The notes beneath the pieces are model-generated. The model saw only the letters and a program-made list of their open reading frames with translations, made no database searches and was not told the origin of the DNA. Shown one piece after another: positions 12,676 through 26,648 of a DNA stretch of 64,000 bases (positions are counted from its first letter, which is position 1; each line of letters starts with the position of its first letter). The position numbers were made by a program, and so were the translations under genes. Origin of the DNA: Octopus sinensis (taxonomy: Eukaryota); assembly GCF_006345805.1 (NCBI RefSeq), contig NC_043009.1, forward strand, positions 55,428,001 through 55,492,000, given 5' to 3'.

Positions 12676-14103
12676 GAAACGTGGCTGGAGAGGTAATGAT
12701 GCTAAAATGGACTTGGGGGTCAACTACTAGTCAGTTGAACTGATAGGTGGATGGGGCCTCACATTAGTGAGAGGGGCTGGTGCACTGTAAAGAAACATGG
12801 TTGGAAAGGTATTGATGCTAAAATGTACTTGAGGTCAACTACTAGTCAGTTGAACTGATAGGTGGGATAGACTTGAGGTCAACTACTAGTCAGTTGAACT
12901 GATAGGTGGGATGGGGCCTCACATTAGTGAGTGGGGCTGGTGCACTGTAAAGAAACATGGTTGGAAAGGTAATGATGCTAAAATAGACTTGGGGGTCAAC
13001 TACTAGTCAGTTGAACTGATAGGTGGAGTGGAGCCTCACATTAGTGAGTGGGGCTGGTGCACTGTAAAGAAACATGGCTGGAGAGGTAATGATGCTAAAA
13101 TGGACTTGGGGGTCAACTACTAGTCAGTTGAACTGATAGGTGGAGTGGGGCCTCACATTAGTGAGTGGGGCTGGTGCACTGTAAAGAAACATGGCTGGAG
13201 AGGTAATGATGCTAAAATGGACTTGGGAGTCAACTACTAGTCAGTTGAACTGATAGGTGGAGTGGGGCCTCACATTAGTGAGTGGGGCTGGTGCACTGTA
13301 AAGAAACATGGCTGGAGAGGTAATGATGCTAAAATGGACTTGGGAGTCAACTACTAGTCAGTTGAACTGATAGTGGAGTGGGGCCTCACATTAGTGAGTG
13401 GGGCTGGTGCACTGTAAAGAAATATGGCTGGAAAGGTAATGATGCTAAAATGGACTTGGGAGTCAACTACTAGTCAGTTGAACTGATAGGTGGAGTGGGG
13501 CTCACATTAGTGAGTGGGGCTGGTGCACTGTAAAGAAACATGGCTGGAGAGGTAATGATGCTAAAATGGACTTGGGGGTCACTACTAGTCAGTTGAACTG
13601 CTAGGTGGAGTGGGGCCTCACATTAGTGAGTGGGGCTGGTACACTGTAAAGAAACATGGCTGGAGAGGTAATGATGCTAAAATGGACTTGGGGGTCAACT
13701 ACTAGTCAGTTGAACTGATAGGTGGAGTGGGGCCTCACATTAGTGAGTGGGGCTGGCGCACTGTAAAGAAACATGGCTGGAGAGGTAATGATGCTAAAAT
13801 GGACTTGGGAGTCAACTGCTAGGTGGAGTGGGGCCTCACATTAGTGAGTGGGGCTGGTGCACTGTAAAGAAACATGGCTGGAGAGGTAATGATGCTAAAA
13901 TGGACTTGGGGGTCAACTACTAGTCAGTTGAACTGATAGGTGGAGTGGGGCCTCACATTAGTGAGTGGGGCTGGTGCACTGTAAAGAAACATGGCTGGAG
14001 AGGTAATGATGCTAAAATGGACTTGGGGGTCAACTGCTAGTCAGTTGAACTGATAGGTGGGGTGGGGCCTCACATTAGTGAGTGGGGCTGGTGCACTGTA
14101 AAG
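12676..14103. repeat. 117-bp minisatellite, about 12 units
   Basis: Unit aaagaaacatggctggagaggtaatgatgctaaaatggacttggg...gtgagtggggctggtgcactgt; period 117 (13081 to 13198); stops in all six frames. Confidence 0.95.
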
Positions 14104-14576
14104 ACATTGAGAGGAAGGCCCCAAAATGGTGAACTTTCTCTCCTGATGACCCCTGAAATGTACTGGCATCTGGTATGTGGTATTTTTGATTGAGTGCACT
14201 TGCACTGGAAAGCTGTTTCCAAGTCTCTGTTGTCATCATTTAACGTCCATTTTTCTATGCTTGTATGGTTGGGACTGAATTTGCTGAGGCAGGCTTTCTA
14301 TGGTTGGGTGTTTTTTCCTGTCCCCAACACTCACCTATTTCCAAGTTAATATTTCTTCTATAACCAAGCGTATTTCCATGGAAGATTCAAAATGAAGGCC
14401 ACAGCTGTATGACAGAAACACTTGTTTACAACTGTCACCTGATGTCAATGCAAGGAAACACCAGCACACATGCATGCACATATATATGTATACATATGAT
14501 GGGCTTCTTTCTGTTTCTGCCTACCAAATTCACTTACAAGGATTTGGTTTGCACCAGTCAACAGTAGAAATAGTAG

Positions 14577-14830
14577 AGGCGCATGGCTTAGGGGTTAGGG
14601 TGCTGGAATTATGATCGTAAGATTGTGGTTTTGATTCCTAGACTGGGTGATGCATTGTGTTCTTGAGCAAAACACTTCATTTCATGTTGCTCCAGTCCAC
14701 TCAGCTGGCAAAAGTGAATAATCCTGTGATGGACTGGCATCCCATCCAGGTGGGGAATTTATACGCCACGGAAACTGGGAAACAGGTCCTTTTGAGTCAT
14801 CATGATTTGAGAAGGTAACTTTACCATCAC
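14577..14830 (+). mobile_element. tRNA-derived SINE with CORE-like body
   Basis: gaggcgcatggcttag head plus tgtgttcttgagcaaaacacttcatttc body; copies at about 25090-25240, 39125-39240, 46963-47300, 55008-55325 and 60570-60812. Confidence 0.75.
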
Positions 14831-15794
14831 CTTTTAGTCTATAGTTGAAGGCACTCATCCAAGGTGCCCAGTGGTAGGACTGAACCTGGAACAGTGTGAT
14901 TGGTATGAATTAAAGTTGTAAGTCAAACAAGATGTTATAATAAATTTATTCCAGCAAGAAAGGTAATTCTTTAATACATTTTTCAGAATACTTTAACATA
15001 AGGAAACCACATGAGTTTAATATTTTTACCCAATTCTCCTTGATATTAGTAATGTTTTGTCTGATGTTTTAGATATAGAAGAAGTATTCAATTAACTGTG
15101 CATATTTTACTTGGTCCATAAATATGTCCCCATTATTTTTATTTGTATAATAACCAGAAGTAGAGAAAATGGTTTGCTATTCTTTCTTATAACGTTGTAA
15201 TAACAGTTGAAATAGTTTGAAAATGATGTTTCTTTCTAAATAGGATATTTCAGATATTGAAACACCTTTTGAGTTTGCAAGATATTACAGCAAAATATTG
15301 CTTTCCTATGATTAGGTAAATGGCAAAATTTTGTTGATTGTCTCATCCTCATTCTATTATTGATACTCGATTTATTAACTGTGGAGGGCTGAAGAGTAAA
15401 GTGAATCTGAGTAATATTTAAATACAGAACACAGAAAAGTGGACCTAAACACTACAATTTAGAGTCTTGCTCTATCATTTCTGCCACTGCCTTTATCATA
15501 GCAAGATACTCTCTTCCAATACCCAGAATATTTAACGTTTTAAAATGTGAAACCAGAACATACAAATAGATTTATATATCAATGATTTAATTAAAAATTA
15601 CATTCCAAAATGTTTTTAAAGTCTCTATTAATCTTAAAATTATTTAGTATAGATCAGATTCTTTTTAGATTATTTTAGCAAATTGTGTTCATGATATTCA
15701 AAATACAAAAAAATATTTGTCGACTTCCATAATTAAGTCTATCATTCTTTCCTAGTATTTTTTTAATCACAAATTTGAACTGTCTAGTATTGTA

Positions 15795-15938
15795 TCAAAT
15801 TGGTGCTTCTCTTGGTTCTATTAGAATTTCATTAACGGCAACATAGGCTGGTTGTGATGTAGCATAGATGCAAGCTTGTGCAACATCATCAGGCTCTAAT
15901 ATCTTCGTATTACTGCTACCATCATACAAATTCTTTGC
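15795..15938 (-). CDS. ATRR-like last coding exon: [47 protein letters not shown]
   Basis: ttacag acceptor, TGA at 15795-15797; LxPxDVA...QP..V.VNEILIxP end typical of YdfG-like SDRs. Confidence 0.95.
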   Translation of the reverse strand, partial: AKNLYDGSSNTKILEPDDVAQACIYATSQPAYVAVNEILIEPREAPI

Positions 15939-18659
15939 CTGTAAAAGGAAATAAAAATAAAAATACATCTCTAAGTAAATTTAGAATCAGCTAGTTAGGT
16001 ATAATAAGCTATGCTGTTAAAGTAAGTAATACCAAAGGAAGGAATAGAGATGTAAGAAGGTTGATAATATGAAGTATAATGTTTATGTAATAAGGATTTA
16101 TAAACTTTGAGGGACATAAAATAATTTGGTTCTATTGATGAAGTTAGAAATAATAATCAGACACTGATGGGCCAGAATCTCTAGTTTACTGGTATCCTGC
16201 ACAGAATAGTATTAAAAAAAATTGTATCATTTATACTAACATACAGGCACTTGTATTTCATTTAATTATGTAAGTAAATTTAACATTTGTTTCCTTTAGA
16301 GTGCGTTAACCAAGATGGCCACCCATAGCTTGAAGGATCAGTAATCTGGAAAAATTTTGGAACCAAAGATTCACAAAAGTCGTGGTTGTACCTGTATTTT
16401 ATTCATGTTTATTCCAGATCTGACAGGTAAAAGAATTAAATGCTAGATACCTCCTGATCTGTTGTATGATTTAATAGCTCTGTTTTCACATCACCAGGTT
16501 GAAGGCATGTTACTCGTATTCCCAAGGAAGCCACCTCTTGTCTTAGAGCTTGAGATAAACCTTCAACAAAGAATTTTGATCCAGAATATACTGCTAAACC
16601 AGCAAAACCCTGCAGAAATAGGGGAAAATATTAGGTATATATTTTTTTCATTAGACACACAATTTCAGATTTATGACAGAGAAAATGAGATTAGATGAGG
16701 ATGATGTCTTTCTGAAAAGTATTAGCAATGTGAGATGATATGCATGCAATTTAGAATTGAAAACAAGTCACTGCGGGGTGAATTGATTTGTTGTAGTCCT
16801 TTGGGGACAGATGATTTGTCCCAACTGATTAGGTGTTCAGCAAACTGGACATTCAGCCTGTTTTGGCAACTGCACTTTTTAGTGGTTGGAGGCAAACATA
16901 GTTGCGTACACGCATGCACACACACACACACAGACATATATTCAAGCCTCTTCTCCTTATCTCCTCAAAGACATACAGCATCTCGAAAGAGTCCAGAGGC
17001 TGGCTACCCGCATGGTTCATGGTCTCAAAAATTTGTCCTACGAAGAAAGGCTGAGGACGCTCGACCTTTATTCTCTTGAAAAACGCCGCCGCCGTGGTGA
17101 TCTCATTCTCGCCCACAACATCATAAGCGGGAAGTGTAACCTCTCAAAAGAGCTGTTTTTCACTCCTGCTCCGGAGCGTCGGCTGCGGGGTCATTCCGAA
17201 AAGCTCTACCTGCGACGATTTCATCTCAATCGAAGGAGAGGAGCTTTCTCCGTCTGGGTTGCGGATCCGTGGAACAAGCTGCCAGACGAGATGGTGAAGA
17301 TGCCGACGACCGCTTTGTTCAAAGCCTCCCTGGACCTCAAGTGGCCTGAACTCTTTACATGAACACCACCCTGTACTTAACTCCATGTCCCCCTACATGG
17401 CCTTGCTATGCATGCCTTTCCTTCCTTGGACACAAAGACCTGTTGAGGCAAGCGAAGTCGATATCGAACCTCATCCGACGACAAGCACCCATGCCAACCC
17501 CCTTTGCTTGCGAAGACATGTTGGGGCAAGTGAAATCGAAATCGAAATTGAACCAATCCTATGACTGGCACCCGGCAGATGCCAGGACACCTGGACTGGT
17601 GGTACGTAAAAAGCACTATCCGAATCGAGGCCGATGCCAGCGCCGCCTCGACTGGCTTCTGTGCCGGTGGCACGTAAATTGCACCAATCCGAAAGTGGCC
17701 GTTGCCAGCCTCACCTGGCACCTGTGCAGGTGGCATGTAAAAAGCATCCACTACACTCACGGAGTGGTTGGCGTTAGGAAGGGCATCCAGCTGTAGAAAC
17801 ATTGCCAGATAAGACTGGAGCCTGGTGCAGCCTTCTGGCTTCCCAGATCCCCGGTCGAACCGTCCAACCCATGCTAGCATGGAGAACGGACGTTAAACGA
17901 TGATGATGATATAAACAGAAAGAGAGAAAGAAACGGAAAGAATGAGACAAACATTAAAATGCCTGATGTCAAACAGGCCAGTGTTGAATCAGTGACATTA
18001 AACAAGTGGTGCCTAAAATGTCTCATCAATTTTTGACAAAGACAAATCTGCATAGTTTATAGGTGGTTTTAATCGATTAGACTGACTCAATGATTGGTAC
18101 TTATTTTATTGAGCTTGGAAGAATTAGAACTCAGGAAATAAAGGAATGTAACTAAATATCATGGGGCATGTTCAAACAATTCTAACATTCTACCATTCCA
18201 CTGACTTCTGTAGAATAACTGATTTTTCTTATATATATATATATATATATATATATGAATGGCTGTGTGGTAAGTAGCTTGCTAACCAACCACATGGTTC
18301 CGGGTTCAGTCCCACTGTGTGGCATCTTGGGCAAATGTCTTCTGCTATAGCCCTGGGCCGACCAATGCCTTGTGAGTGGATTTGGTAGACGGAAACTGAA
18401 AGAAGCCTGTCGTATATATGTATATATATATATATATATGTGTGTGTGTTTGTGTGTCTGTGTTTGTCCCCCTAGCATTGCCTGACAACCGATGCTGGTG
18501 TGTTTACGTCCCCGTCACTTAGCGGTTCGGCAAAAGAGACCGATAGAATAAGTACTGGGCTTACAAAGAATAAGTCCCGGGGTCGATTTGCTCGACTAAA
18601 GGTGGTGCTCCAGCATGGCCGCAGTCAAATGACTGAAACAAGTAAAAGAGTAAAAAGAG

Positions 18660-18738
<79 letters not shown>

Positions 18739-20172
18739 CAGATAGATATGTATATAAGACATCTGTGTTTGTCATACTCTCATACTTTAGCTTTTCAACA
18801 TCTGACATAAAGTCACCTTCCTCTCTTAAATGCTCTCACTTCCTCACTTCGTCATGGACTTCTTTTCCTTTTAAACTGTTCCTTCTCTGTCTTTGCAAGT
18901 TACTTGTCATCCTCATTAGTGCAACAGCATGAGTAAGGGCATCCATTCAGCCATAGAAATCATGCCAAAACTAACACTGGGGCTTGGCACAGTCCTCAGG
19001 ATCAATAGGTCCTGTCAAACCATTCAACCCACACCGGCATGGAAAAGACAGGGAACTTACAACGTGAAAAGGAAAAAGGTTTAATAACTCTTATATATTT
19101 CAAGTACAATGGCCCATCATCAGAAATAAAGAATGACAAAATGTTAGTCTACACAGTACTGGCCTGTACTCCCACCTAAAATATCAATATGTGAGTTTTT
19201 TTTTCAGGAGAGGAGGGAAATGAACTGCATCTACTTTCATTCAATAATGTTTGTTATGTTCATAAAATGAAGAACTTACCATCAGGTTTACTTTAACATG
19301 GTTTGCTGTAAACTTACATTGTAAATTATTCTACACAATTAATCTACACAGTGTAAATTAGTCCTAATACAATCACCTAATCATAGAGAAATGAAGTGAT
19401 GATATATAAAGCCAAAAAAAAAAAAAAAAAAGCTATATACTCTTCTTCCTGCATCAGAGGATATGTTGACAATATGACCAGACTTTTTCTTTATCATCCC
19501 ATCAAGGACAGCACCAATACAGTTAGTCACACCCTGAAGAAACAAAAATAAAAAGGTGTCCAATTTTCAAAAGTAATATATTTTCCAAAAATTGAATTGA
19601 ATTTATTGAAAAAGTAAATTATTTAAAAAAATAAAGATATTGGTGATTTGTTACTGATAATTTATTTATTATTCTTGCTTTAGCTAAAATCACTTAATAT
19701 TTTCTAATTTTAGATGTGTATTCAGGTATATCTGTATATCTATAAAAGGCAGGATGTGTGTGTGTGTGTGTGTTTGTGTGTGCATACATGAACGTAATTT
19801 ATGCACGTCCACAAATTAGTATGCATGGAACTCCAATTTTAGGAAGACATTCGTCACAACCCTAGTTGGGTTTTTGTCAACTTATTTTCCTCGAGGCACC
19901 CATGGATAGCAGTAAAAATCGATTTTCAAACATAACTTTTACCAATTTTGAAGTTTGCTAACATGAGTTCTTACCATAAGGAAGTGAAAGTGTGTGTGTG
20001 TAAGGGAGAGAGAGAGAAGTGTGTTGATGTACCTGTGTGTGTGTGTGTGTGAGGGAGAGAGATTTTGACAGTGTCTAACAAAACAAAAAATGTAAAGAGA
20101 AAGTGTGTGTGAGGAAGAGAGAGAGAGAGAGAGAGAGAATTTGACAGCATCTAACAAAAAATGTAGAGAAAG

Positions 20173-20254
<82 letters not shown>

Positions 20255-20284
20255 TGACAGCATCTAACAAAAAATGTAGAGAAA

Positions 20285-20317
<33 letters not shown>

Positions 20318-23300
20318 TAGTGACAGCATTCATCAAAAATAAAAATGTAAAATGTTTTTTTTCTTAAACACGAGATATAGTTTTCAAATTTAGGATGTTT
20401 TTGAAAGACACTATATTTTATAATCAGATAGCAGAATTGCCCGGCGTTGCTCGGGGCTGAATTGCTTGAAAGTACTGTTAATGATTGCACTGAATTATGA
20501 TGATTATTCAGGCAAATATTGAAATAAGCTTACGGTGGGAGATAAGGACTTAACGCCAAACGTGTGCCATTGCATTGTTTTGGGGGAACCAAATTTCTGA
20601 TGAGCATTATAGGGGCACTAACTTTAAGTTTGAGAAAGTGTGGTGGTAGTCCGGGGTGCTCAAAGGAATTGAGTACCTCTATTGGATAGTTGATGACGTC
20701 CTCTGGGTCAGGAGTTGTATCGATAGACTGATATACATCGACTTCCCCAGGAATGAGTTTTAGCATTTCATCATTAATATGGTGAACAGTTTTATTCCTC
20801 GGGGCCAGTATAGCCTTTTTGCCAATCCAATCCATATTCTGATAATTAGCTTGTAAATCTGGGAACACTGCATCTCTGAGATCAGAAGGCGTCTTAACAA
20901 TGGTACAAATGGAATCGATGGCAATATTACCATTTTCATCCCCTGGTATTTTGCCTTCGCCAAGTGCAAGGAGGGTGTGAGGAATGCTGGTGATGTGTGA
21001 TATTATGTCGCATATGAGCACACATATTGGTGTGAAGTTTGAGAGTTACTTCCGTTTATTTTTAAAAATATGCATTAAAATGGAAAAAAATGATGGTAAA
21101 TTATTTGTAAAATCATAGACTCATCGTAGACGCGCGCTAATACCAGAAGGGCTCGATATGAATCACGACTATAAGATACCCGGTTTTGGTTAAACTGCAT
21201 CACAAAATGTGGGAGTAGTTAGGAATCTAAATCGGAGTAGACAGACACACAACCTTTCTTTTATATATAAATACATACATACACACACACATACATACAC
21301 ACACACACACACACATACATGCATACATACATATACACATAAACCGAGTAAAAAATTTCAGTTATCTCTCTCTTTCACACATTACTCTCTCTGTCTCTTC
21401 ACACACACTAACAGAAGCACTTCACTTACCAACATACTGTCTGTCTCCCACACTCCATCAAACACACACACACACACACATGTACATCAATGAGTCCCAT
21501 GCACGGTAACTTCAAAGGAACTTCCCTCGTCATACAATCGCTTTCTCTTAGTCTCTTTCGCTCTCATTACTTATGTAAAAAAATAAAAGTTTTTTCTATG
21601 TGTGTAAAGAGGAAGTGGGAGGCAGAGTGAAAGAATCACTCACTACAGTAAGTGAATTACTTTCATTTTATTCCTTGCCCACTGTGTGTGTTGCATTTGC
21701 GTGTGGTGTAAACCAGACTAAGAAAAGCATTTGACACACACACCAGAATGTGAGTTTTCTGTAAATTTTGCTTAATTGGAGTTTAAATTTTAAAAACTGG
21801 ACCTGGCATGACGCGATGCATTGTACTCTTAAAAATGGTGGGTAAATTGTAATTGAAGAAATCCTATATTGTAGATTTGTATAACTCCCAAAGGGAGGCA
21901 GATAAAATCTGCCTTTTATAATAAGAGATTATATATACTTTCTCACACAACAATTGAAATATATTTATTTTAAATTACTTATTTATCTATTTATCTATAA
22001 AAGGCAGGATGTGTGTGTGTGTATGTGAATGTAATTTATGCACGTCCACAAATTAGCATGCATGTCACTCCAATTTTAGGACATTGGTCACGATCATGGC
22101 TGTGTTTTTGACAACTTATCTTCCCTGAGGCACCTGCAGATAGTGGTAAAAATCGATTATCAACCAATTTCCACATTAGTGAAAACCATAAGTTTGCTAA
22201 TATGAGTTAAGTCACCTGTCTAGCAATGGTGAGAAAGAAAAACAAAGGGTAAATTTTTAGATTAACACCTGCACGATTTTCACAAAGAAAAAAGAAAAAA
22301 CTCAGATTTTTTGCATGGAATCAAGTACTCTGACCTCCTAATATTCTGCAAATCCTTTATTTAGGAAAAGAGTGGGGTAGGGCGAGGGGGGCCCCAATCC
22401 CAGAATCATTGGAAATTTTTTTTTCTGTTGAATGAATTCCTGTGACCTCCTAATGTGCTACAAAACCCTTTTTGAGATCTAAAAATGGGGTGGGGTGAGG
22501 CTGCAAATCCCTTAGTTTCGTCTGGAGAAAAGGGGTGGGGTGAGGCCTCCCTCCAATCCCAGAATCATTGGGATTTTTTTTTCATTGAATGAATTCCTGT
22601 GACCGCCTAATATGCTTCAAAATCCTTTTTGGGGTCCGAAAAACGGGATGGAGTGAGGTGGAAGCCTCGGAAATTTTACCCACTCCCAACATTTTACAGA
22701 AATAAATTTTCCAGAGTGTAAATTACAGAGTCTGTATACAGTAGTGTATTGCATATATCTCTATATATGTGTATATATGTATCTATATACTGTAGCATAT
22801 ATGCATCAATATCAGGAGTATATTGTTATGTGACTTTTCAAAAGTGTGCATGGTGTGTATTGGCATACAGGTGTATGTAGTTGTATGTCAACGCGTGTAT
22901 AGAGTGTGTCTATATCACGTGATCACGTGACCGACCAGACCATCAGATGTTGCTACACATCGCTGGTCTCAATGCGTTCGCATTGTTTTAGCCTTCGAAT
23001 GACGCCACCCTGCTGGCTAAGCGAGCAGGCCAACAGAAGAAAGAGTGAGAGAAAGAGTGGTGAAAGGGTACAGCAGGGATCACCACCCCCTGCCGGAGCC
23101 ACGTGGAGCTTTTTGGTGTTTTCGCTCAATAAACACTCACAACGCCTGGTCTGGGAATCGAAACCATGATCCTATGACCGCGAGTCCGCTGCCCTAACAA
23201 CTGGGCCATTGCACCTCTATGTGTCTATATGTATGTATCATATATGACTCACCTTGCAATTAATATCTATCATACGCTCCCATTCTTCTTCTTTGAGATT

Positions 23301-23755
23301 TCTCATCAATGTGTAATACATAACGCCAGCACAGTTGACCAAAATATCAACTGGTCCAAGAGAACATTCCGTATGTTGAACAAGTTCTTTTACCTGCAAA
23401 AAAAGAAGTCAATATAAATAAAGACATAGATAAAATTTTTTTTATCATTATTATTGATTGTTGGTATTGTTATTGTAGCTTTGTTGTTTTCCTTATCTTG
23501 CTGCTTGGTGGAAATGATTTGAATGTAATATCCTTTGTGTTCGGTGTTGAAATTGTGATGACATTTGCTCGACAATTGATGAGAGAATTGAGCTTTTCTG
23601 CATCCATTCTGTATGTGTGTGTTTTCTCTTCTTTTGTTAATTTTATGTTCACTCCCACTGTATAGCACCTTAGGCAAGTGTCTTCTATTATTATCGTCTT
23701 GAACTGACCAATGCCTTGTGAATGAGTCTGGTAGAAGGAAACTATGTGGAAACCT

Positions 23756-23821
<66 letters not shown>

Positions 23822-24130
23822 TATATATATAATATATATATATATGTATGTATATATATATATATGTAAATATATATGTATGGTTATGTGTATATATATA
23901 TATAGGCGGCGAGCTGGCAGACACGTTAGCGCGCCGGGCGAAATGCTTAGCGGTATTTCGTCTGTCGTTACGTTCCGAGTTCAAATCCGCCGAGGTTGAC
24001 TTTGCCTTTCATCCTTTCAGGGTCGATAAATTAAGGACCAGTTACGCACTGAGGTCAATATAATCGACTTGATCCGTTTGTCTGTCCTTGTTTGTCCCCT
24101 CTATGTTTGGCCTCTTGTGGGTAGTAAAGA

Positions 24131-24174
<44 letters not shown>

Positions 24175-26596
24175 ATATATATATGTGTTTGCGTGTGTGT
24201 GTGTGTGTATGTCTTTATGTCTGTGTCTGTCTCCATGCTACTTGAAAAACTGTTGGTTTATTTATGTCCCTTGATACATTCAAGAAACCAAGTAAAAAAA
24301 AAGAGTGACATCCATACCTGCTGTTTGTTCGTAACATCTGTTTTAACAGCAATGACATGGCCTTGAGCATCTTCTGAGAACTTCTTGCATAATTCCTGCA
24401 GCTTATCTTCCCTGCGAGCAGCCATAGCAACATTTGCACCTGCTTTAACAAAGGCTTCTGCAATTGCACAACCGATTCCACTTGATGCACCCGTTACAAT
24501 GACAACTTTGCCATGTATGTTGGTATCTGTAATATCAAATGAGGAAAACGCATATTTAACACAGCTTCCCCATTGTCATTGCAGAAATGGTGGAAGTGGG
24601 ATCAATTGCTTGACCACCACAGTATCCATTCTGCCCTAAAGTCCAACCCCTCCTCAAAGCCGTAGGGTGGTGTAAACGGGCAGTGCCAGAGCTATGCCGT
24701 CGAGAACTTCGGTTCCGGGTAGGGCCACCCAAGGCGGATTGGTCAGGCACCTAGCAGTATTAGGGCCACAGCCTGGCCAACGGGGCTCTGGTGAAAATTC
24801 CAAGAGGAGGCATCTGATAGGCAACCGGCGGCTTCGAGGTCGTTCTGTCCCTGCGTCTGTGGAGACTCCGTGGCAAACAGGGCGTCCTGTCACTCAGGAT
24901 ATGCATGCGGGATGTTGGGGACCACTTGTAAATTCAATATTCCCACGAAACTTCTTCTATGAATCTTACTATTTGCCGTCAGGACCAGAGAAGAAGCTGG
25001 CTCAACCCACTCTGGGTGAACGCCGTCACAAGTACAAGTAAGTACAGTATCCATTAGTGGGTTGTTGACCAGATTTATTTCAAAGGGTCAGAGTAATTCA
25101 TGCCGCTGAGTGAGCAGGAGTAATGTGAAATGAAGTGTTTTGCCCAAGAACACAATGCACTACCCAGTCTGGGAATTGAAACCATGAGCTTGCAATTGTG
25201 ACTGCAACACCCTAACCGCTAGACTATGATCCTTCACTGTGAGAGTTAGCAACATTTCTGACTAAAGAAATACCATAACCTGAGACTAATGATGATGATT
25301 TTTTTCAATAAGGGATAAAGCTACATCTTTGAAGGTGAGGCTTTTATTCATTAAACTTAAATACACACACACACACACACACACATCAGAGGCATGGCCA
25401 GGTTCTAAAGTTAAGGAGAGTAAGCACATAAAAAAATGGCACCATGACACATACCAAACAATTTTTATCTCATTTCTTGTATATTATGTAAAATATTTCA
25501 TTATTTATTATGTGTGTGCAATTTGTATTCTGCATTCATTAATTTCATGTTTCACTAACAATGTCATTACGTATGAAACTTACAACTACTGTGACATAAA
25601 AAAGATGAAACTCCACAGTCATTCAGTGTCAAGAGGTTATGACGTAGGCTTTGTCTTGGTTCATCAGATGTGAATGACCTCCAACAGATAACAGGTGATT
25701 GAACAGACAGTTTAAAAATACAGAAGGTCAGTCGAATAAAGTTCTTCCAAGGTTGTGTGATTAACAAAAAGATAAGAGGTTTGATGTTTATCACACAAAT
25801 GAACTAAAAAAGTTAAAGAAAATTGTTGAAAAGGGGCCAATTTGAAAAAATGTGCTCAGTGGTGAGCGGCTTCTCCCCTTGATCCCTTCTCTACAAAGCT
25901 CATTTCTATCACTTACTTTATGAAACAGAAGGCAAAGTTAATCCAAGTAGGATTTCGACTCAAGAAAAGAAATACTGTTGTTGCCACTCATGATAACAAT
26001 GATGAATATCTGTAGTCAAATAGATACAAAAAAAAAATTTAAAAAAGATATTGGTGAACTTACTGACGGCACTCATTCTTGATAATCTCTGGAATACTCC
26101 TTGGCGACAAAGTTTGTCAAAGTATAGTTTCAAAAGAGCCGAATCTATATCAGGATATGTCAGGCCTAATTTCTCCAGAATTTCAAGCAGGTTGCAATTT
26201 CTGAATGTACTTAGAGTAGAAAAAAACTGAGCATTTCTGTGAAGGAGGAGAAACAATAAAGAGATTATGTATAATTAACAATGTATTTTAATTTAAATAT
26301 AAGCAATAATGACAAACCAACAAAACAATGATAACATCAGACATTATAAGAGCCAATTTGCAACAGATTCACTGACAGAACTCACACCATTCTTCCAAGG
26401 AAGGCAACTTATCAATTACAGATTACATACTCTCTCACAAGAGATCCTTTGATGACAATTTTAACTTGTTTTAATTAAGGTATCTTTGGCCTAATGAGTA
26501 GCTGGTGGATTATCCCTTGTTTGGATACTTACCACTTCCGAGTTTCTGCTAGCTATGAAACATATGTAGCCTGGATTTTATCTACTCTATTCCCTA

Positions 26597-26648
<52 letters not shown>

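Noticed and set aside
12676-14103. CRISPR-like array or repeat-protein ORF (117 bp = 39 codons)
   Set aside because: Whole units are repeated with no unique spacers, there are no cas genes, the context is eukaryotic, and stops occur in all six frames.
14577-14650. Functional tRNA genes at SINE heads (also about 11385, 39125, 46963 and 55008)
   Set aside because: A/B-box-like heads run into SINE bodies and lack a complete cloverleaf.
20530-21021. Host PIF1 helicase gene
   Set aside because: An isolated fragment without splice structure, enclosed by Helitron termini.
15795-24526. Stand-alone SDR gene
   Set aside because: No start codon before the Rossmann motif; the first exon begins at a phase-1 acceptor that matches the upstream R1 exon.
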